DNA of 63,913 nt, filler included, from Neolecta irregularis DAH-3 (GCA_001929475.1; 26 parts of 26 records of this genome joined end to end with filler, not necessarily neighbours in it); one strand, 5' to 3'. Numbered from the whole stretch's first letter, positions 1 to 13,700 are shown. Numbers and translations are program-made. The notes: a model not told the origin generated them from the sequence alone.

Positions 1-335
1 ATCTTTTCTTTTTGTTGTTATTCTTTTCTCTTTATTATTTTGTGTATATTTTTCCTTGGATTCTTGTCCTTTTTGGTATTGATTTTATTGGATAGGTGAT
101 AGTGTATGATGATTTTAACTTTATCCTTCTTTGCTGAATATCTTTGTGGTATCCTCTTGAAATGCTTGTTTGATGTGTATTGTTGTATATGCTTGTATTC
201 TTGTGGGGTGCTTTCAAATTAAGGTATTTGTTGAGATAATTGTTATAGCTCTAGTGCCTTGCTGATCTTGTTGCTTGTTGTATATTGAATTTTGAATGTT
301 TTCTTTCTTTTGAGATATTTTGTTGATGTTTTCTG

Positions 336-2420
336 CTAATTTCTTTTCCTTTTTATTGGTATTGGGTATTGCTTTAATTTCTTTTTGATTTTTCCTCTTT
401 GATAACCAATATTTGCTGGTTTTATTCTTTTTTCTTGTTTTTTGTATAGTGAGTATTCCTGGGTATATGAGTGTTCAGCTTCTTCTAGTATTGCATGGCA
501 GGTAGTCAAAACTTCTTTGACCTCTACCCTATTGATCCATGCTCTGTTTCTTTCATTGTTAGCTGCTGTAGCTCTGAACTTAACTCTTTGATAACCTTCT
601 GGATCTTTGATTGTAATCCATGTTTCCCCTTCAGCTGTATTTTCTGATTTCATTTGTCCACTTCTCTCATATGGTCTTCCCAAGAGCAAATCATACTTTG
701 CATGCTTGGTAACAAAGATGTTTGTTGGAATTGAAAATCCTCCTGTTTTGACTGGAACATCATGGCAGACTCCAACAAGTCTGCTGTTACTGCCATCAGC
801 TACACCAATCTGCCAAGCAGGTTGGTCATCCATCATCAAACCCAATCTTTTAACCATTCTGAATGGCATCAGAGATATTTCTGATCCACTATCAAAGATA
901 GCAGTGATATGCTGTCCCATAATCTGAACTTTGGCTTCTGGTGATGCAACTGAGTAGAAGGGTTTTTCCACAGTGGGTTCCTTGTATTCTTCAAATAGTA
1001 ATTCTTCTTCATTGGTAATCCATCTAGATTCCATGATTTGTCTCTTTCCTTGAACTTGTCCTGCAATAACTTTTCTGAGATCTGGTGATAATGCTAGGAG
1101 TTTTCCAATTGAGGTGGTGATTTGTGTGTTAAAAACTTCTTTGGAGAATTCATCTGCTGTGGTTTGTCCCATGATTGGTGCTCTGACTTGATATTTTATC
1201 CCTTCTTCAGTTTTTTCTTTGGTGGTAGTCTTTTTGTCTTCTTTGAATTCAATTGGTTTAGCTTTTTCCCATATAGATGATTGATGATCTGGTTTCTTTG
1301 GTTTTCTGGGTGGTTTGAGGGTTGCTGCTGGTGGAGTTCTTGCTTTTTCTGTTATAACTTCAACTACTGGTTGTTTGTATTGAACTTGCTTTACTGGTTG
1401 TTGCTTGATTGGTTGCTGTATAACTGGTTGTTGGGTAATAGGTTGTTGTTGTACTGTTTGTTGTATATCTATTTGTTCTTCATCTTCAGATTGTAGTTCC
1501 ACTGGTAGAGGTTGAATTTGCTGGTGAATCTTTTCTTTCTTCTGAGGTATTTCCCATTCATAATCATTGGTTGCTTTTCTTTTGTCTGCCATAACCCAAA
1601 CTGGTTTCCTGAAGTATTGTTGTTGCTGTGCCATATAGGAGTTGTATTCATCTTCATTGTTTGCTGAGTCTGAGTCTGAATCATCTTCATCTTCCCAATC
1701 ACTATTTGGTTCTAAGGTAACTGCATTGCTTCTGGGGTGTTGAACTCTGATAAGGTTGCTGATTTCTGGTAAGGTTCTCATGCCTCCTCTGTTCCATTGA
1801 GGTCTTAATTCTTTTCCTTCAATATCACAGATTCTGTTGTTGATTTTTTGAACTTTCCCTTCAGTTAGTGCTTCTTGTAGTTCTTGACATTCTCTTTGCA
1901 TGTGACCTTCATCACACCAAATGCATTTGATTGGTAGGTTTTGATTTCTTGGTTGCCAGGTTCTGTTGCTTGGTTGATTCTGATTTTCTGTGAGGTTCTT
2001 GAATGCAATTGATAGTGCTTTAACCTGCTCTGCTAGGTCTTGATGTTCTGGTTTTATTCTCCTGCTTGTTGCCAAAGGTGTATCTCTTGATCCAGTTGGT
2101 GGTACTTTAGGTGTTTCTTGTTTGGTGCTTCTTTCTTCTAGTTTTGCCCAGACAATATCCATTTTTACTTCTTCCATGACTTTTTTAGTGATTTCTTCAA
2201 ATGGTGGTGGTTCCACATTGATTGTTAATGCATTTTGTAGGTTGGTTGTTGTTTTTAATATCTTGTTTCTCAATCCTTTATCAAATCCACTGAGAAAAAT
2301 GTGAATTCTGTCAATTGGATAGAGTCTTTGTCTTGTGACCAGGTGTGCTGAAATAACTTGAAATTCCTGAACATATTTGAGTGTATCTGGTTTTGCTGCT
2401 TCTTTATGCTCCTGTGCAAT
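336..2420 (-). mobile_element. Ty3/gypsy-type Gag-protease ORF (partial, open to contig end)
   Basis: Uninterrupted frame from contig end 2420 to stop at 336. CCHC knuckle CIWCDEGHMQREC, retropepsin IFDSGSE...LLLGRP, and a YKKQEKRIKPA motif of the kind that precedes pol. No CpG seen in the contig. Confidence 0.85.
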
Positions 2421-2520
2421 NNNNNNNNNNNNNNNNNNNNNNNNNNNNNNNNNNNNNNNNNNNNTTAATTAATTAANNNNNNNNNNNNNNNNNNNNNNNN
2501 NNNNNNNNNNNNNNNNNNNN
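2421..2520. other. Artificial contig-joining linker (N44-TTAATTAATTAA-N44); first of 25 in the window
   Basis: Identical 100-nt N/six-frame-stop spacer with core at 2465, 3981, 6971, 16243, 17789, 19800, 21421, 22920, 26697, 28271, 30162, 31376, 32867, 34273, 36442, 41114, 42774, 46602, 51169, 52594, 54423, 57144, 58828, 61373 and 62785. Confidence 0.98.
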
Positions 2521-2576
2521 CAACAACAACAGGATCGGAATAGTGCTCCTGCTGATCCTGAGGTCTGCTTGCAGGA

Positions 2577-3936
2577 ATGACCGACGGTAAAAAGACTTCT
2601 GTCAGTCTACTTCGCAAGACAGTATATGAAATCCAAGAGTTTGATGGAATTGTAAGGTCCAATTCTGAATATTCTAGTCAGGGAAGCGATACAGAGTCTG
2701 ACTCCGAATACTCGAAAAAGAAGCATCATTCCCGGAAACGCTGGAAGCAGAAGGTCAAGAAAGATAAGAAAAAGAAGCGTTGGGATCTTCCCGAAACATC
2801 AAATTCAGAGTCGAGTGAGGATGAGGAGCGAGCATCGAAACCTAGTAAAAATAAGAAATCGAGAAAGGATTCTACGTTGGCTAAGGGAGATAAGGAGACC
2901 GAACAAAATGCAAATCAGGCACTCGACGAATTACGAACAAGTATTTCAGATCTTGGAAGTGGAATGCGCGATTTACTAGCTTTGGCAGAAAGATTCCAGC
3001 CGCCGACTCTCTCATGGACCACCATCAACCCAAGTTACTTACAAAGTAGAAACGTTGTTAATCCTCCAAAGTGCAAAAACTGCTATCAACCAAACCATGA
3101 TGCCAGAATTTGCACGATGCCATGCAAACTATGTGGGTGGCAGTTAAGCCCTCCTCATCCATTTTACCGTTGTGAGCGATATGTCTCAAGAGGACAGCAG
3201 ACTTCGAATTCAGCAGCTATGCCCCCCCTTGCTCAAGACCCTCATACTCAAGTTGCTGAAACTCGCTTCATTGTGGGAGTATTAACAACCAAATTGTCTT
3301 CGAAGAGAATATGGATTCAGGATCATTTCCAGGACGAAGAGATGAATGATGCGACTCAGGATACACAGGCTATCCCACCTATCGTTGAAACTACAGTTGC
3401 GACGAAAAAGAAGTCGAGGGTAGAACCAAACCCTCACCCCCAGGCTTTTGTCAACAACATCCTGCGAAGCGTTCCTGTTACTACCAATCTAAAAGAATTA
3501 TGTCAATACGCCCCATCAATTTCCTCCGAGATCGTACGACAGCTTTCACCCAAGAAGAGAAGCCAGAAAATGGAACCTCAGCTGCATATCGCTGAGAAGC
3601 CCGAACTAAGTGCAGAGGTTTCTTCGGCCTGCCCCAGGACTTGGGTCGGTTTCCCTTCGGTTGAAGCAAACTGCCTGCTAGATAGTGGATCCGCTTCAAA
3701 TTTAGCATCGCTAGAATTCATTAAATACCTCGGCATTCAAGAAATCTATTCAAGCAATATGACGTTCTCGCCGTTTACAGGACCCGTAGTACAAGCAGTT
3801 GGTAAAACCAATCTCCGTTTCAAATTAGGACTACTGGATTACGCAGGAGAATTCCAAGTAATTTCCCAATTAAACTATCCATTACTGCTAGGTCGGCGGG
3901 CCTTCTCTGAACTCGAAATGACTACCTTGTGGGGGG
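2577..3936 (+). mobile_element. LTR retrotransposon Gag-protease ORF (partial)
   Basis: Two Zn-knuckle-like motifs (CKNCYQPNHDARIC; CKLCG...HPFYRC), retropepsin LLDSGSASN and LLLGR. Truncated by linker. Confidence 0.8.
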
Positions 3937-4036
3937 NNNNNNNNNNNNNNNNNNNNNNNNNNNNNNNNNNNNNNNNNNNNTTAATTAATTAANNNNNNNN
4001 NNNNNNNNNNNNNNNNNNNNNNNNNNNNNNNNNNNN

Positions 4037-4135
4037 TAGCAAAGTTGAGTCACTTAGGCTAGGTATTTCAAAAGTTCAGTCACTTGGGCTAGTATATAAA
4101 CCTGGTCTTATTCGAACTGGAGCTTAACACTTGCA
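4037..4135 (+). mobile_element. LTR fragment, family A (3' end)
   Basis: Shares AAGTTCAGTCACT..GGCTAG..TAAACCTGGTCTTATTCGAACT.GAGCTT.AACACTT.CA with 22976-23120 and, inverted, with 21477-21647. Confidence 0.75.
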
Positions 4136-4539
4136 CTGTGGGTTGAATGACTTGCTCAGCTCGCAAGATTTGTCGCGGCGTTGTATGTGCAACATGCATC
4201 CACAGAAATGGCCAGATAGAATCATTTTATATTAGCAATTTTGGATATTTAGTGAATTCGGGATTTTACCTATATAAAAACGAACACTCCGGCGGGTGGA
4301 CACTTGATTTCACGGGAACACGCATTGGAATGGGGGGGAATTCCAGACCGCATGTTTAACGCGTGGTGAAATCCCGCGGGTTATTTATACAAAACAGATC
4401 CATTTCAATTTTACCCAAATCCTTCAAGATAAAATAACAGCCAATCGTCCATGATCATTTTTTCTATGTAAATTATCTTACAACTAAGAACATCATCAAC
4501 AGAAAATAAAATCATAGCACGAAAAGAAACATCAACAAC

Positions 4540-4640
4540 CGACACGAAACAAAACGATGTAAGGAAACAAAACGATGTAAAGGAAACAAACGATGTAAAG
4601 TAAACAAACGATGTAAAGGAAACAAACGATGTAAAGGAAA
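4540..4640. repeat. ~18-bp minisatellite (AAACAAACGATGTAAAGG)
   Basis: About 5 near-identical tandem copies downstream of the PDE gene. Confidence 0.9.
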
Positions 4641-4982
4641 TTGAAAACAAAACCCAACACATTGACTGACAAAAGACTGAAACACCGATTCGAACGACTC
4701 AGAATACAAAAAGTACAACAGGAATAGTAAAGAAATAGACAGATAGATAGATGAAGTGCGACCCTTGATCCTAGAAAGGAACACGTACGTACGTACATGT
4801 GGAGTAGAGGAGGAGGAGGGGAAAGGGGGATATCAGTACAAATTCCGGACCGTATTACCTTAATTCCAAACCCAAACCACAAAAAAACCCAAAAGACCCC
4901 GATAACAGAGAAACCCACAAAAGAGAAAGAAAAGAAATGGCAAGATGGTGATGGAGAACGGTTGGTGCGCGTTGGTGGGGGA

Positions 4983-6926
4983 TTACTTTTTCGAGCGACG
5001 TTTCCAGAAAAGGAGTTTTGAGAGCCAGCGGTGGGCATGCATTGTACTTGATTCGGGGTTTACTAAACAATTACTTGATTCGGGGTTTACCAGACAATTA
5101 CTTGATTCTTTGGGAACTGTATTCATGGTTGTTGTGGTTGTGGTTGCTGTAGTCGTGGTTGTCGGGTGTACTTTTCTTGTTAAATCGGGTGAACTAGCTG
5201 ATGTTCGCAATGGAATCTGTAATCCGGTAGGATGAGAGTGTAATTCGGAAGGAGGATGTAACCGTGAATGAGAGTGTAACCCGGAATGAGAGTGTAACCC
5301 CAAATGGGAGGGCCCCGAATCAGACCCCAAATGGGAGGGCCCCGAATCAGACCCCAAATGGGAGGGCCCCGAATCAGACCCCGAATCAGACCCCAAATGA
5401 GACCCCAAATGAGACCCCAAATGAGAGGACTCCAAATGAGAGGGCAACGACTGCTGCTTTAAACCAGGACTTTGTGCAGCAGAGTCAACTCTGGACCCCA
5501 ATTTCTCCGCTTCATCTTTCTGGCGCCTCCTCCAAATCTCTGTATTAAGTGCAATCGAGTCACTAGTAAACTGCAACTCTTTAAAAATTCCGCAAACGCT
5601 TCGAAACAAAGGACCTGCGAATATTTCAATAAAGGAAATTTGGGAGGCGGGCTGAGAAGGATCGGAAGGCAAGTTTGGAGAAACACCGAGACATGTTTCT
5701 AATGCGCCTTGATTTGCGAATTCTTGTCGTAGGGCATCTGACCATTTTAGAGAAATTTGGTAGGGACGGGCCTTGAATTAGTGGATGGGACAAGAGAATA
5801 TTACGGAATTGGAGATATCTGCGCATTTGATGAATGCAGAACATATCAATTTGCATTGTTTTGTTGACTGTGAATTTGAGATAGGTGAACGTAAAGGTTT
5901 GACTGTGGGTTTGACTGTGGGTTGTGAATGTGAATACTCGACTGGTATATTTGAATCGACTGGTATATTTGAATCGACAGGTATATTTGAATCGACAGGT
6001 ATATTTGAATCGACAGGTATATTTGAANNNNNNNNNNTGACTGTGGGTTGTGAATGTGAATACTCGACAGGTATATTTGAATCGACAGGTATATTTGAAT
6101 CGACAGGTATATTTGAATCGACAGGTATATTTGAATCGATATGTATATTTGAATCGATATGTATATTTGCGACAGTTGGTTTCTTGTCTGGTTCTGATTC
6201 TAATTTCTCTGATTCCAATTTCTGGAACTTTTCGAATTTCTCCACGTAATCGAAATGTTTGCTCATATCTGTGGACAATATTGCATCGATGATTAGGTTT
6301 CTCATTTCATGGTCGTTTTGGGTTGCAGGCCAGTGTTTTGACAGCAAGGCGGAGAGGGCGGCGCAGTGCAGATTTTCGAGGACGGACTGGTCGTTGTACA
6401 TCTGGGCGAGGGGCGCCTTTGTGTTTACCAGAAAGGCGTTGTTTACGCCTGGGTGGCCGACGTCGTGGCCGATGGCCGCGATAGCGAGGGCGAGGCAGTG
6501 TGTGATGGACAGGGCGGGGCGGCCTCGAGCAGGGCCGGGGGGGCTCGCGGGAGGCCGGAGAGGGGGCAGGCAGCCTGCGTGGACGAGAAAGTAGAAGGCG
6601 GCCTGGAGGACGTCTATTGCGTGGCGGAAGTTGTGGTACGGGTTTGTGGGGCGGTAGGCCTGGCGGGTGGCGGCGAAAAAGGTAGCGAGGCGGTCTAAAG
6701 TAGCAAGGGGGTTAGTGCGCGAGCAGCGTGGCGGGAGAGCGGTACCCGATTGGATCGCAAAGCGCTGCAGGCCCGGCTGGGCGAGGATGTGGTTGATGAT
6801 GAGGACGCCGGCGTTGAGCAGGTCGGCGTCGTCGAGCAGGAAGGCGTCAAAGTGCCACGAGTCGAGCACGGCGACGAGCTGCTGGCGGCGGCCGGGCGGC
6901 AGGGCCGAGTCGCTGCGGGGTCAGCG
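4983..6926 (-). CDS. PDE2: Class I (HD-domain) 3',5'-cyclic nucleotide phosphodiesterase, 5' truncated
   Basis: YHNFRHAIDVLQA, HDVGHPGVNN, SVLENLH, STDMSKH, KCADISN-ARP and QISFI motifs. Introns at 6695-6745 (in frame) and 5772-5804. Contains internal tandem peptide repeats. Confidence 0.9.
5890..6170 (-). repeat. Coding 18-bp tandem repeat (SNIPVD)n inside the PDE catalytic domain
   Basis: Unit TGAATCGACAGGTATATT repeated about 10 times around a small N gap, partly duplicated as a block. Confidence 0.9.
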
Positions 6927-7026
6927 NNNNNNNNNNNNNNNNNNNNNNNNNNNNNNNNNNNNNNNNNNNNTTAATTAATTAANNNNNNNNNNNNNNNNNN
7001 NNNNNNNNNNNNNNNNNNNNNNNNNN

Positions 7027-9917
7027 CCTCCCGCGGCTGTTCCCCGCGCGCGACTCGTGCTGCATCGCCCCCCCGGCCTCGCCCGCCGCCGCGACCGCCC
7101 CCGCGCCCGCCTCCGACTCGGACAACTACGACTCGGAGCCAGACCCGCCGTCGCCCCCAGAGTCCGCCTCCGCCTCCGCCTCCGCTTCCGCCTCCCCGCC
7201 CCTCGCCCGCGCCCGCTTCCCCTTCGAGACCGTCTACCACTCCTTTGAGCACGACCGCCTCGCCATGGCCGAGCAGCAGCAGCTCGAGCAGGCTGACCGC
7301 GACGTCGCCCAGCACTCGTTCCGCCCCAGTCTCGGCGCCGCCCAGCTCTCCCTCAAGGTATCTTTCTCTTTCTGTCCCTCTCCCTTTCTCTCATTCCCTT
7401 ATCTCCCTTATCTCCCTCATCCCACTTATCCCACTTATCCCACTTATCCACTCACATTCACTCATCCCCACTCACATCACTCACATCACTCACATCTAGC
7501 ACCTTCTCGCTGCAATTGATGCAAATCGCTCTGCCCTCGCGGTTTCAGACTCCCACCTGCGCGCCCTCCTCGTAGAAATACGCAAGAACCGCTCAAAATG
7601 GGTATCTCTCCCCCCAGCCCCGCTCACCCCAGGCCAGCGAAGACCGCTTCGGCCAGGAGGAACTCTACGAAGCCGCTGAAAAAGTCCTCCTCGAGCTCCG
7701 CGGCTACACAGAACACTCCACCCCCTTTCTCAACAAGGTCAGCAAAAGAGAAGCCCCAGACTACTTTGACTGTACCCATATTGCCCCCCCAGTATTAATC
7801 CTAGTCATCAAATCCCCAATGGACCTCGGCACCGCAATGAAAAAACTAAAAACACTCCAGTACTCAAGCAAGGCCGAATTCGTAGACGACCTCCTCCTCA
7901 TCTGGTCAAACTGCCTGCTGTACAATGCTGATCCTTGCCATTTCATGCGCACTCACGCAATCGCCATGCGCAAAAAGACCCTCGATCTCGTCCAGTTCAT
8001 CCCAGACATCACCATCCGCGACCGCCCAGACCTCGACCCCGAAGAAGATGAAAACTCTGACCAAGACCTGCCCAAACGCATAGGCAAAAAATCTGTGCAA
8101 AAAAAACATCCCTCGAGAAAATCGCAAATCCCCCTCCCCCCAGTCCGCGACTCGCCCCCTCCACAGCCCTCTCCTCCCCAACAGAATACCCTCATCCCCT
8201 GCTCCCAGATCGAAAAAGAAGAATCAAGCCGTGACGAGGACGGCGATTTGTCCACTCAAATTTGGAGAACAGAAACCCGCAAACAGCGAGCTATTCTTTG
8301 CGTACGCTTCATACTAGCTCTGCTGACACCCAGGGCGAACGGCACCAGCTATTCAAAGATGACCGCTTGCAACCTGACATGCCCGCCTTGGAACGTACCC
8401 CTCACCTCATGCTCCGTTTCCTCCAATTCGAACAACGACACGCTGGCCAAAACATGGAAGAAATAAATCTAAACATGGACGATTTAATCAACGAAATAGA
8501 AAGCAAAGAAATGAAAACTGATGATTCTGCTTTTGCCGAATACCAAGTATCGTCCGGGATCCCCGAACTCGTTTCCCAAGACGACGACGCTTTTTATCAA
8601 CAGTCTAGTGGAATTTCTCTCCACCCTTGTGATCCCAGAATCTCCCCGCCCAGAACCGGCACAAGCTGTCTTGTTGACGCAAATCTACGACAACTGTATA
8701 AAATCAGAAAAGTTTGTTTGAAAATATCTGCTGTTAAACAAATGGCTACACAGTCTTTTGTCCGTCCCTCGCGATACATTGCTGACCATAGATTCACCCG
8801 CACCATTATAAACAGTATGATTCTAAAGAATTCTTACAACAAGACGGACAACCGAGTTATTTCCTGGAAACGCCTCTCCTGGTAACTCCGCAAATCGCTT
8901 ACATCGCTTTACAAAAAGTTTCAGCGAGGATATTGTATCATACTGGATTTCAGGGTATCCTATTGTCCTGCAGGGCTGATTTCAGATTTTGAGCCGCTGG
9001 CTTTAGATGCTTTTGCGGAGATAACCGCGGAATTCTTTCATAAAATCGCGAGCACCATTCGCCTTTTTAGCGATAATCATAAAACGGGGTATTTCGGTTG
9101 CGTGTCGTGTATTTATTTCCAGGACTCGGTATTCTATGGAGCAAGTCTTGTTGCTTTCGCTGAATCGGAATGGCATCCCGGATTTAGATGTCCTTGAATC
9201 GTACGTCAAGGACGATATTGAACGGTACGGGTGTAAACTCCAAGACATCAATAAAAAAATGGTCATGTTTCTCGCTGCTTTATTGGTTTTTTCTCCACAT
9301 GCGCAAAGAGTAATTCTAGCGACCTGCCGCGGAACTGGGAGACGAAAATGCATTGTTCAATGGGAACAACGAGAGTTTTGTTAATGGCGATTTTTCAGAG
9401 ACTACCGGAGAGGACTTTTTTGGGTTCAAGGAACTTGGTTTAGACAAGGAGTTTGGAATTTCTTCGTTCAGTGTATGTTGCCCGTCGCCACTGTTGACTT
9501 TAGGTACCGTTGCATTTATTACAAGGACGCGTTCAAAATGGATTAACAACAAAGTATCTCGCTCGCTTATTAAACTTACTCCCTAGTCCCGCTCTTGTTT
9601 CAAAGTACCAGGAACCACCCCCATTCACTCCTATTTCAATCCCGATAGCAGAATCCCAAATCGGTTTAATAAAATTATTTCTCCTTTCGAAATTGGAAAA
9701 CTTTGAATCAGGAATCCTGTTGGACGACGATGATTTACCTGCAAAACAACGTGCACCAAGACTTAAACTCCCGCCTTCTGGAAAAATATCAACACCTAGA
9801 AAAAGAAATTTAACTTTTGGGTTTGCAAATGTCAAGAAGAAGAAGAAAATTGGTATCGTGGAAAATGGCGAATTATCCCAGCCCCCTGAAAGTCCCGATT
9901 CCTCTGTTGCTCAGTAA
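7027..9917 (+). CDS. SPT7: SAGA subunit Spt7 (bromodomain + histone fold), 5' truncated, ~9 introns
   Basis: [25 protein letters not shown], bromodomain [32 protein letters not shown], and [15 protein letters not shown]. Introns include 7602-7632, 7772-7804, 8302-8333, 8760-8791, 9089-9122 and 9286-9319. Confidence 0.95.
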
Positions 9918-10737
9918 TGTTTCGTTGAATTTCTCAATTATTACATAATCTACAAACATCTTGTCAAATACTCGTTGTCTATACTCTGCCCTTTGTCGAC
10001 GATTCCATTACTAGCTGATCATTCCAAACTTTCAACTCTGTCTCGGGATTATATTCGGCAGTGAGCTATGTGGCAATATCATTTCAAGTCTTGCATTTCC
10101 TCGGTTATGGCTCCTAGGATACTGGAAATATCATCCACCCGCTTGTCTGCGATGCACTCGATGACTAGTACGAAAACGCATTGGCCCAATGACTTGCGAA
10201 ATGGTATGTATACCATTTCGTGGGAGCGATAATGAAAACGAGATGTAGTGAGTGCCCTAATTCATACTATATCAATGTGGAGCCGATAACTATTGCTATC
10301 GCATAGTGAAATATATCTGGCTTTTACTTTTTAGATAGTAATACTTTGCGGAACAGAATTAACATAGAACCTGGTTATAACGATGTGGCGTTCACGGAAT
10401 TAGGACTCGTATCATATGACGTTGGATGATTTTCAAGGCGGTTGGGTTGGAATTCAGTAACGGAGGTTCCCGATCCTAGACAAATTCTCAAATTACAGTA
10501 CTCCTGCTCTGGACTCCAGTACTCCTGTTGTGGACTCTTCAATATTTATCTTGTTCTTATTATAATTCCATTGCATCAAGGCTTTTAGATGTATAAAATA
10601 GATATTTGCCGTGTTAGCTTTGAACCTGTTGACAAGAGTAATTCAGAGTCGTCAGTCGATTAACACCAACTTTTTTGCACCTGCCACAAACTGCTGCTTC
10701 ATCATTTCGTAGCAACCTTTTGTGTCTAGCATCTCAA

Positions 10738-13700
10738 ATGGCTTCAAATGACCTCGGACTTGTGGTCAGTCAGCTCTCATCGCCAGACAACCATATTCGA
10801 ACTGTGGCCGAGAACTCGTTGAATCAACTTGTAAATGATCGCCCTGACATGACAATACCTGCTCTTGCAGAACAAACTCGGCGGAATCCCGACCCGCAGG
10901 TGTGCTTTTTCGTTTTCAATCATTAAGACGAAATAGATTAGAAGTCTTTGCATCGTTTTACTTCGCAGAATGACATTTAAACCGCCTCCTAATAATTTGA
11001 ATGGTAAACTCATCTGGGTCGTCATAGGACCTGTGGCCCGAGCACAAATTCAGAATATGCTGCTACAAGGTCTTGAAACAGAACAAGACTCTGCCGTCCG
11101 GAGGAAACTTTGTGATACAGTTGCTGAATTTGCCAGACATATCATGGATGATCAAGGTGCATGCTCAGGTTTACAAGAACTGATTAATCATAGGCAGCTG
11201 GCCAGAACTCCTCCAATCACTTCTCGAATGTACAAAGTCCGCAGATCCCTCATTCAGAGATTCCGGATACCGCGTATTCATGTTCGTACCTGGTCTTATA
11301 GAGAGCCAGCATTCTTTGCATCTCGAGGCTGTTTTCAAAGCTGGACTCGAAGACTCGAATCCAGACGTATGTCTCAATTATCTTTTACTCATTAATCAAT
11401 AAAGGTTCGTCTTATTGCCCTCAAATCCTTTGCCTCCTTTCTGGTTTCTATGGATACGCAATCAGCTAAAAGGTTCACTACACTCCTCCCATCCATGATG
11501 AATGTCCTTCCCCCTCTCGCCAGACCAGAATGTGTCGAAGACCTGATACAGGCACTCATTGCTGTTGTCGAATTGGCCGGAGAACATGGCAGAATCTTCG
11601 CCGCTTTGTTTCCTAGCCTCATTCAATTTTGTATAAGCGTCGTGAAGAACAAGGAATTGGAGGACATGGCGCGCCAATCTGCTCTGGAACTCCTTGTTAC
11701 GTTCTCAGAATCATCCCCTGCAATGTGTCGCAAAACTGATCAATTTGCTCAACTTGTCATATTTGAATCCTTGTCTCTTATGACTGAAATCTCACAGGAC
11801 GACGACGATGCCACAGAATGGCGTCAATCTGATGATGTATACTTCATCTTGAACTGGTCCTAATATTTCTAGCTCGATTTTGATGAAAGCGACTCGAATC
11901 ACGTCGCTGGTGAACAGACTCTGGACAGAATCTCACGGAAACTTGGTTTGCTTGTTTTTTTCTCTTAATAACGATCTAGGTCCGAAAACTGTCGTTCCTG
12001 CAGCTTTTTCTTATTTGCCGGGTCTCATCGGTTCCCAGAATTGGAGGGAGCGACATGCTGCTTTGATGGCTATTTCCGCTATAGCAGAGGGATGTGATAA
12101 AGCTATGCGGAAAGAATTATCTCGAGTGCTGGATATGGTATTGCCAATGCTTAGAGATCCGCATCCTCGAGTAAAATGGGCTGCATGCAATGCAGTGGGT
12201 CAAATGAGCACAGACTTTGCGGATTACCTACAGCAAAATTTTCATCTTCGTGTTATGGAAGCGTTGGTGCCAATTCTTGAATCTCAGGAACCACGGTAAG
12301 CACTTCCTTAGCTATTGATCCTAAAATCAGAGTTCAAGCTCACGCTGCTGCTGCTCTCGTTAACTTTTGCGAGGCTGCTGATGATGATTTGATCGAGCCA
12401 TATCTCGATGGGATTCTAGAACGCCTTGTTGGACTTTTGAAAAGCGATAAAAGTTATGTTCGAGAACAGGCCACAACTACTATCGCTACCGTTGCCGGTG
12501 CCGCAGAGACTAAATTCGAAAAGTACTACGATCTCATTATGCCGTTGCTTTTGCAGATTTTATGGCAAGCTGATGGAGATGATCACAAGATGCTGCGGGC
12601 AAAGGCTATGGAGTGTGCTACTTTGATAGGTTTGTGTCTTGCATTGCTTCTTTTTCATTATAATAGCTACTGCCGTTGGCAAAGAGAAATTCGCACCAGA
12701 TGCTCAACAATTAATTCAAGTGCTTGGAACTATCCAGCGTAAGTCACTCTTTCATAATTTTAGCGTATATTGAAGATTTGCAGAGAATATCTCGAAAGAG
12801 GACGATCCTCAAACAAGCTATATCATTCCAGCATGGGGTCGTGTATGTAGAGCAATCGGTTCAGATTTCGTTCCCTATCTTTCCCACGTTATGCCATCGC
12901 TTATTAAATCGGCAAAAATCGAGCCAAACATCACAATCGTTGAAGGTAGTTGGTTTGATCCAAAAGTAATTCTCATACTTTAGATGAGGCCGAGGTGGCT
13001 AAATTCGATGAAGGTTGGGACTGGCTACCAACTCAAGGGCAATATCTCGGTATTAAAACGAGTTCACTCGAGGAAAAATGTTCCGCTGTCGAAATGCTAG
13101 TCGTATATGCATCTGTTTTAAAAGGGGATTTTGCACCTTATGTCCAGGAAGTTCTTTCTGATATTATCATACCTGGGCTCAAATTCAAATTCAACGAAGG
13201 AGTAAGAGAAGCTTCAGCAAAAGCATTGGCTCCCATGATTGATTCTGTCAAACGGGCATCAAATGGAGATACTAATATCGTCTCTCAAGTTTCCCGAACT
13301 TGCCTTGATAGGATTTTAGAACTCATGGAACAGGACCCAAATGTTGCTATGATTGCTGAAGCCTATCAAGCGTTTTACGAAACACTCGACGTTGTTGGCA
13401 CTCAATGCATCGCCGAAGCCGATATCAACCGCTTTATTGCCGCTACAGAAACTCAACTCCGAGATTATGTTAAACGTAAAGAGGCTCGGGATAAACATAT
13501 CGCCGAAGATGGAGAAGAAGCCGAACACGATGAAGATGTTATTGAAGAAATTGAAACGGATGAAATGCTCTTTGGAGAAATCAGCAAGGCATTGCATTGC
13601 ATGTTCAAGCTCTACAAAGCCGCTTATCTACCCCACTTCAATCGACTTTTGCCCATCGTCGATGCATTTATGAGCAGTAATGATCGAAACGCCAAAAACT

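Noticed and set aside
9960-10600. Possible small minus-strand multi-exon gene between SPT7 and importin
   Set aside because: Some splice-like signals are present, but I could not build a stop-free model or recognise a family.
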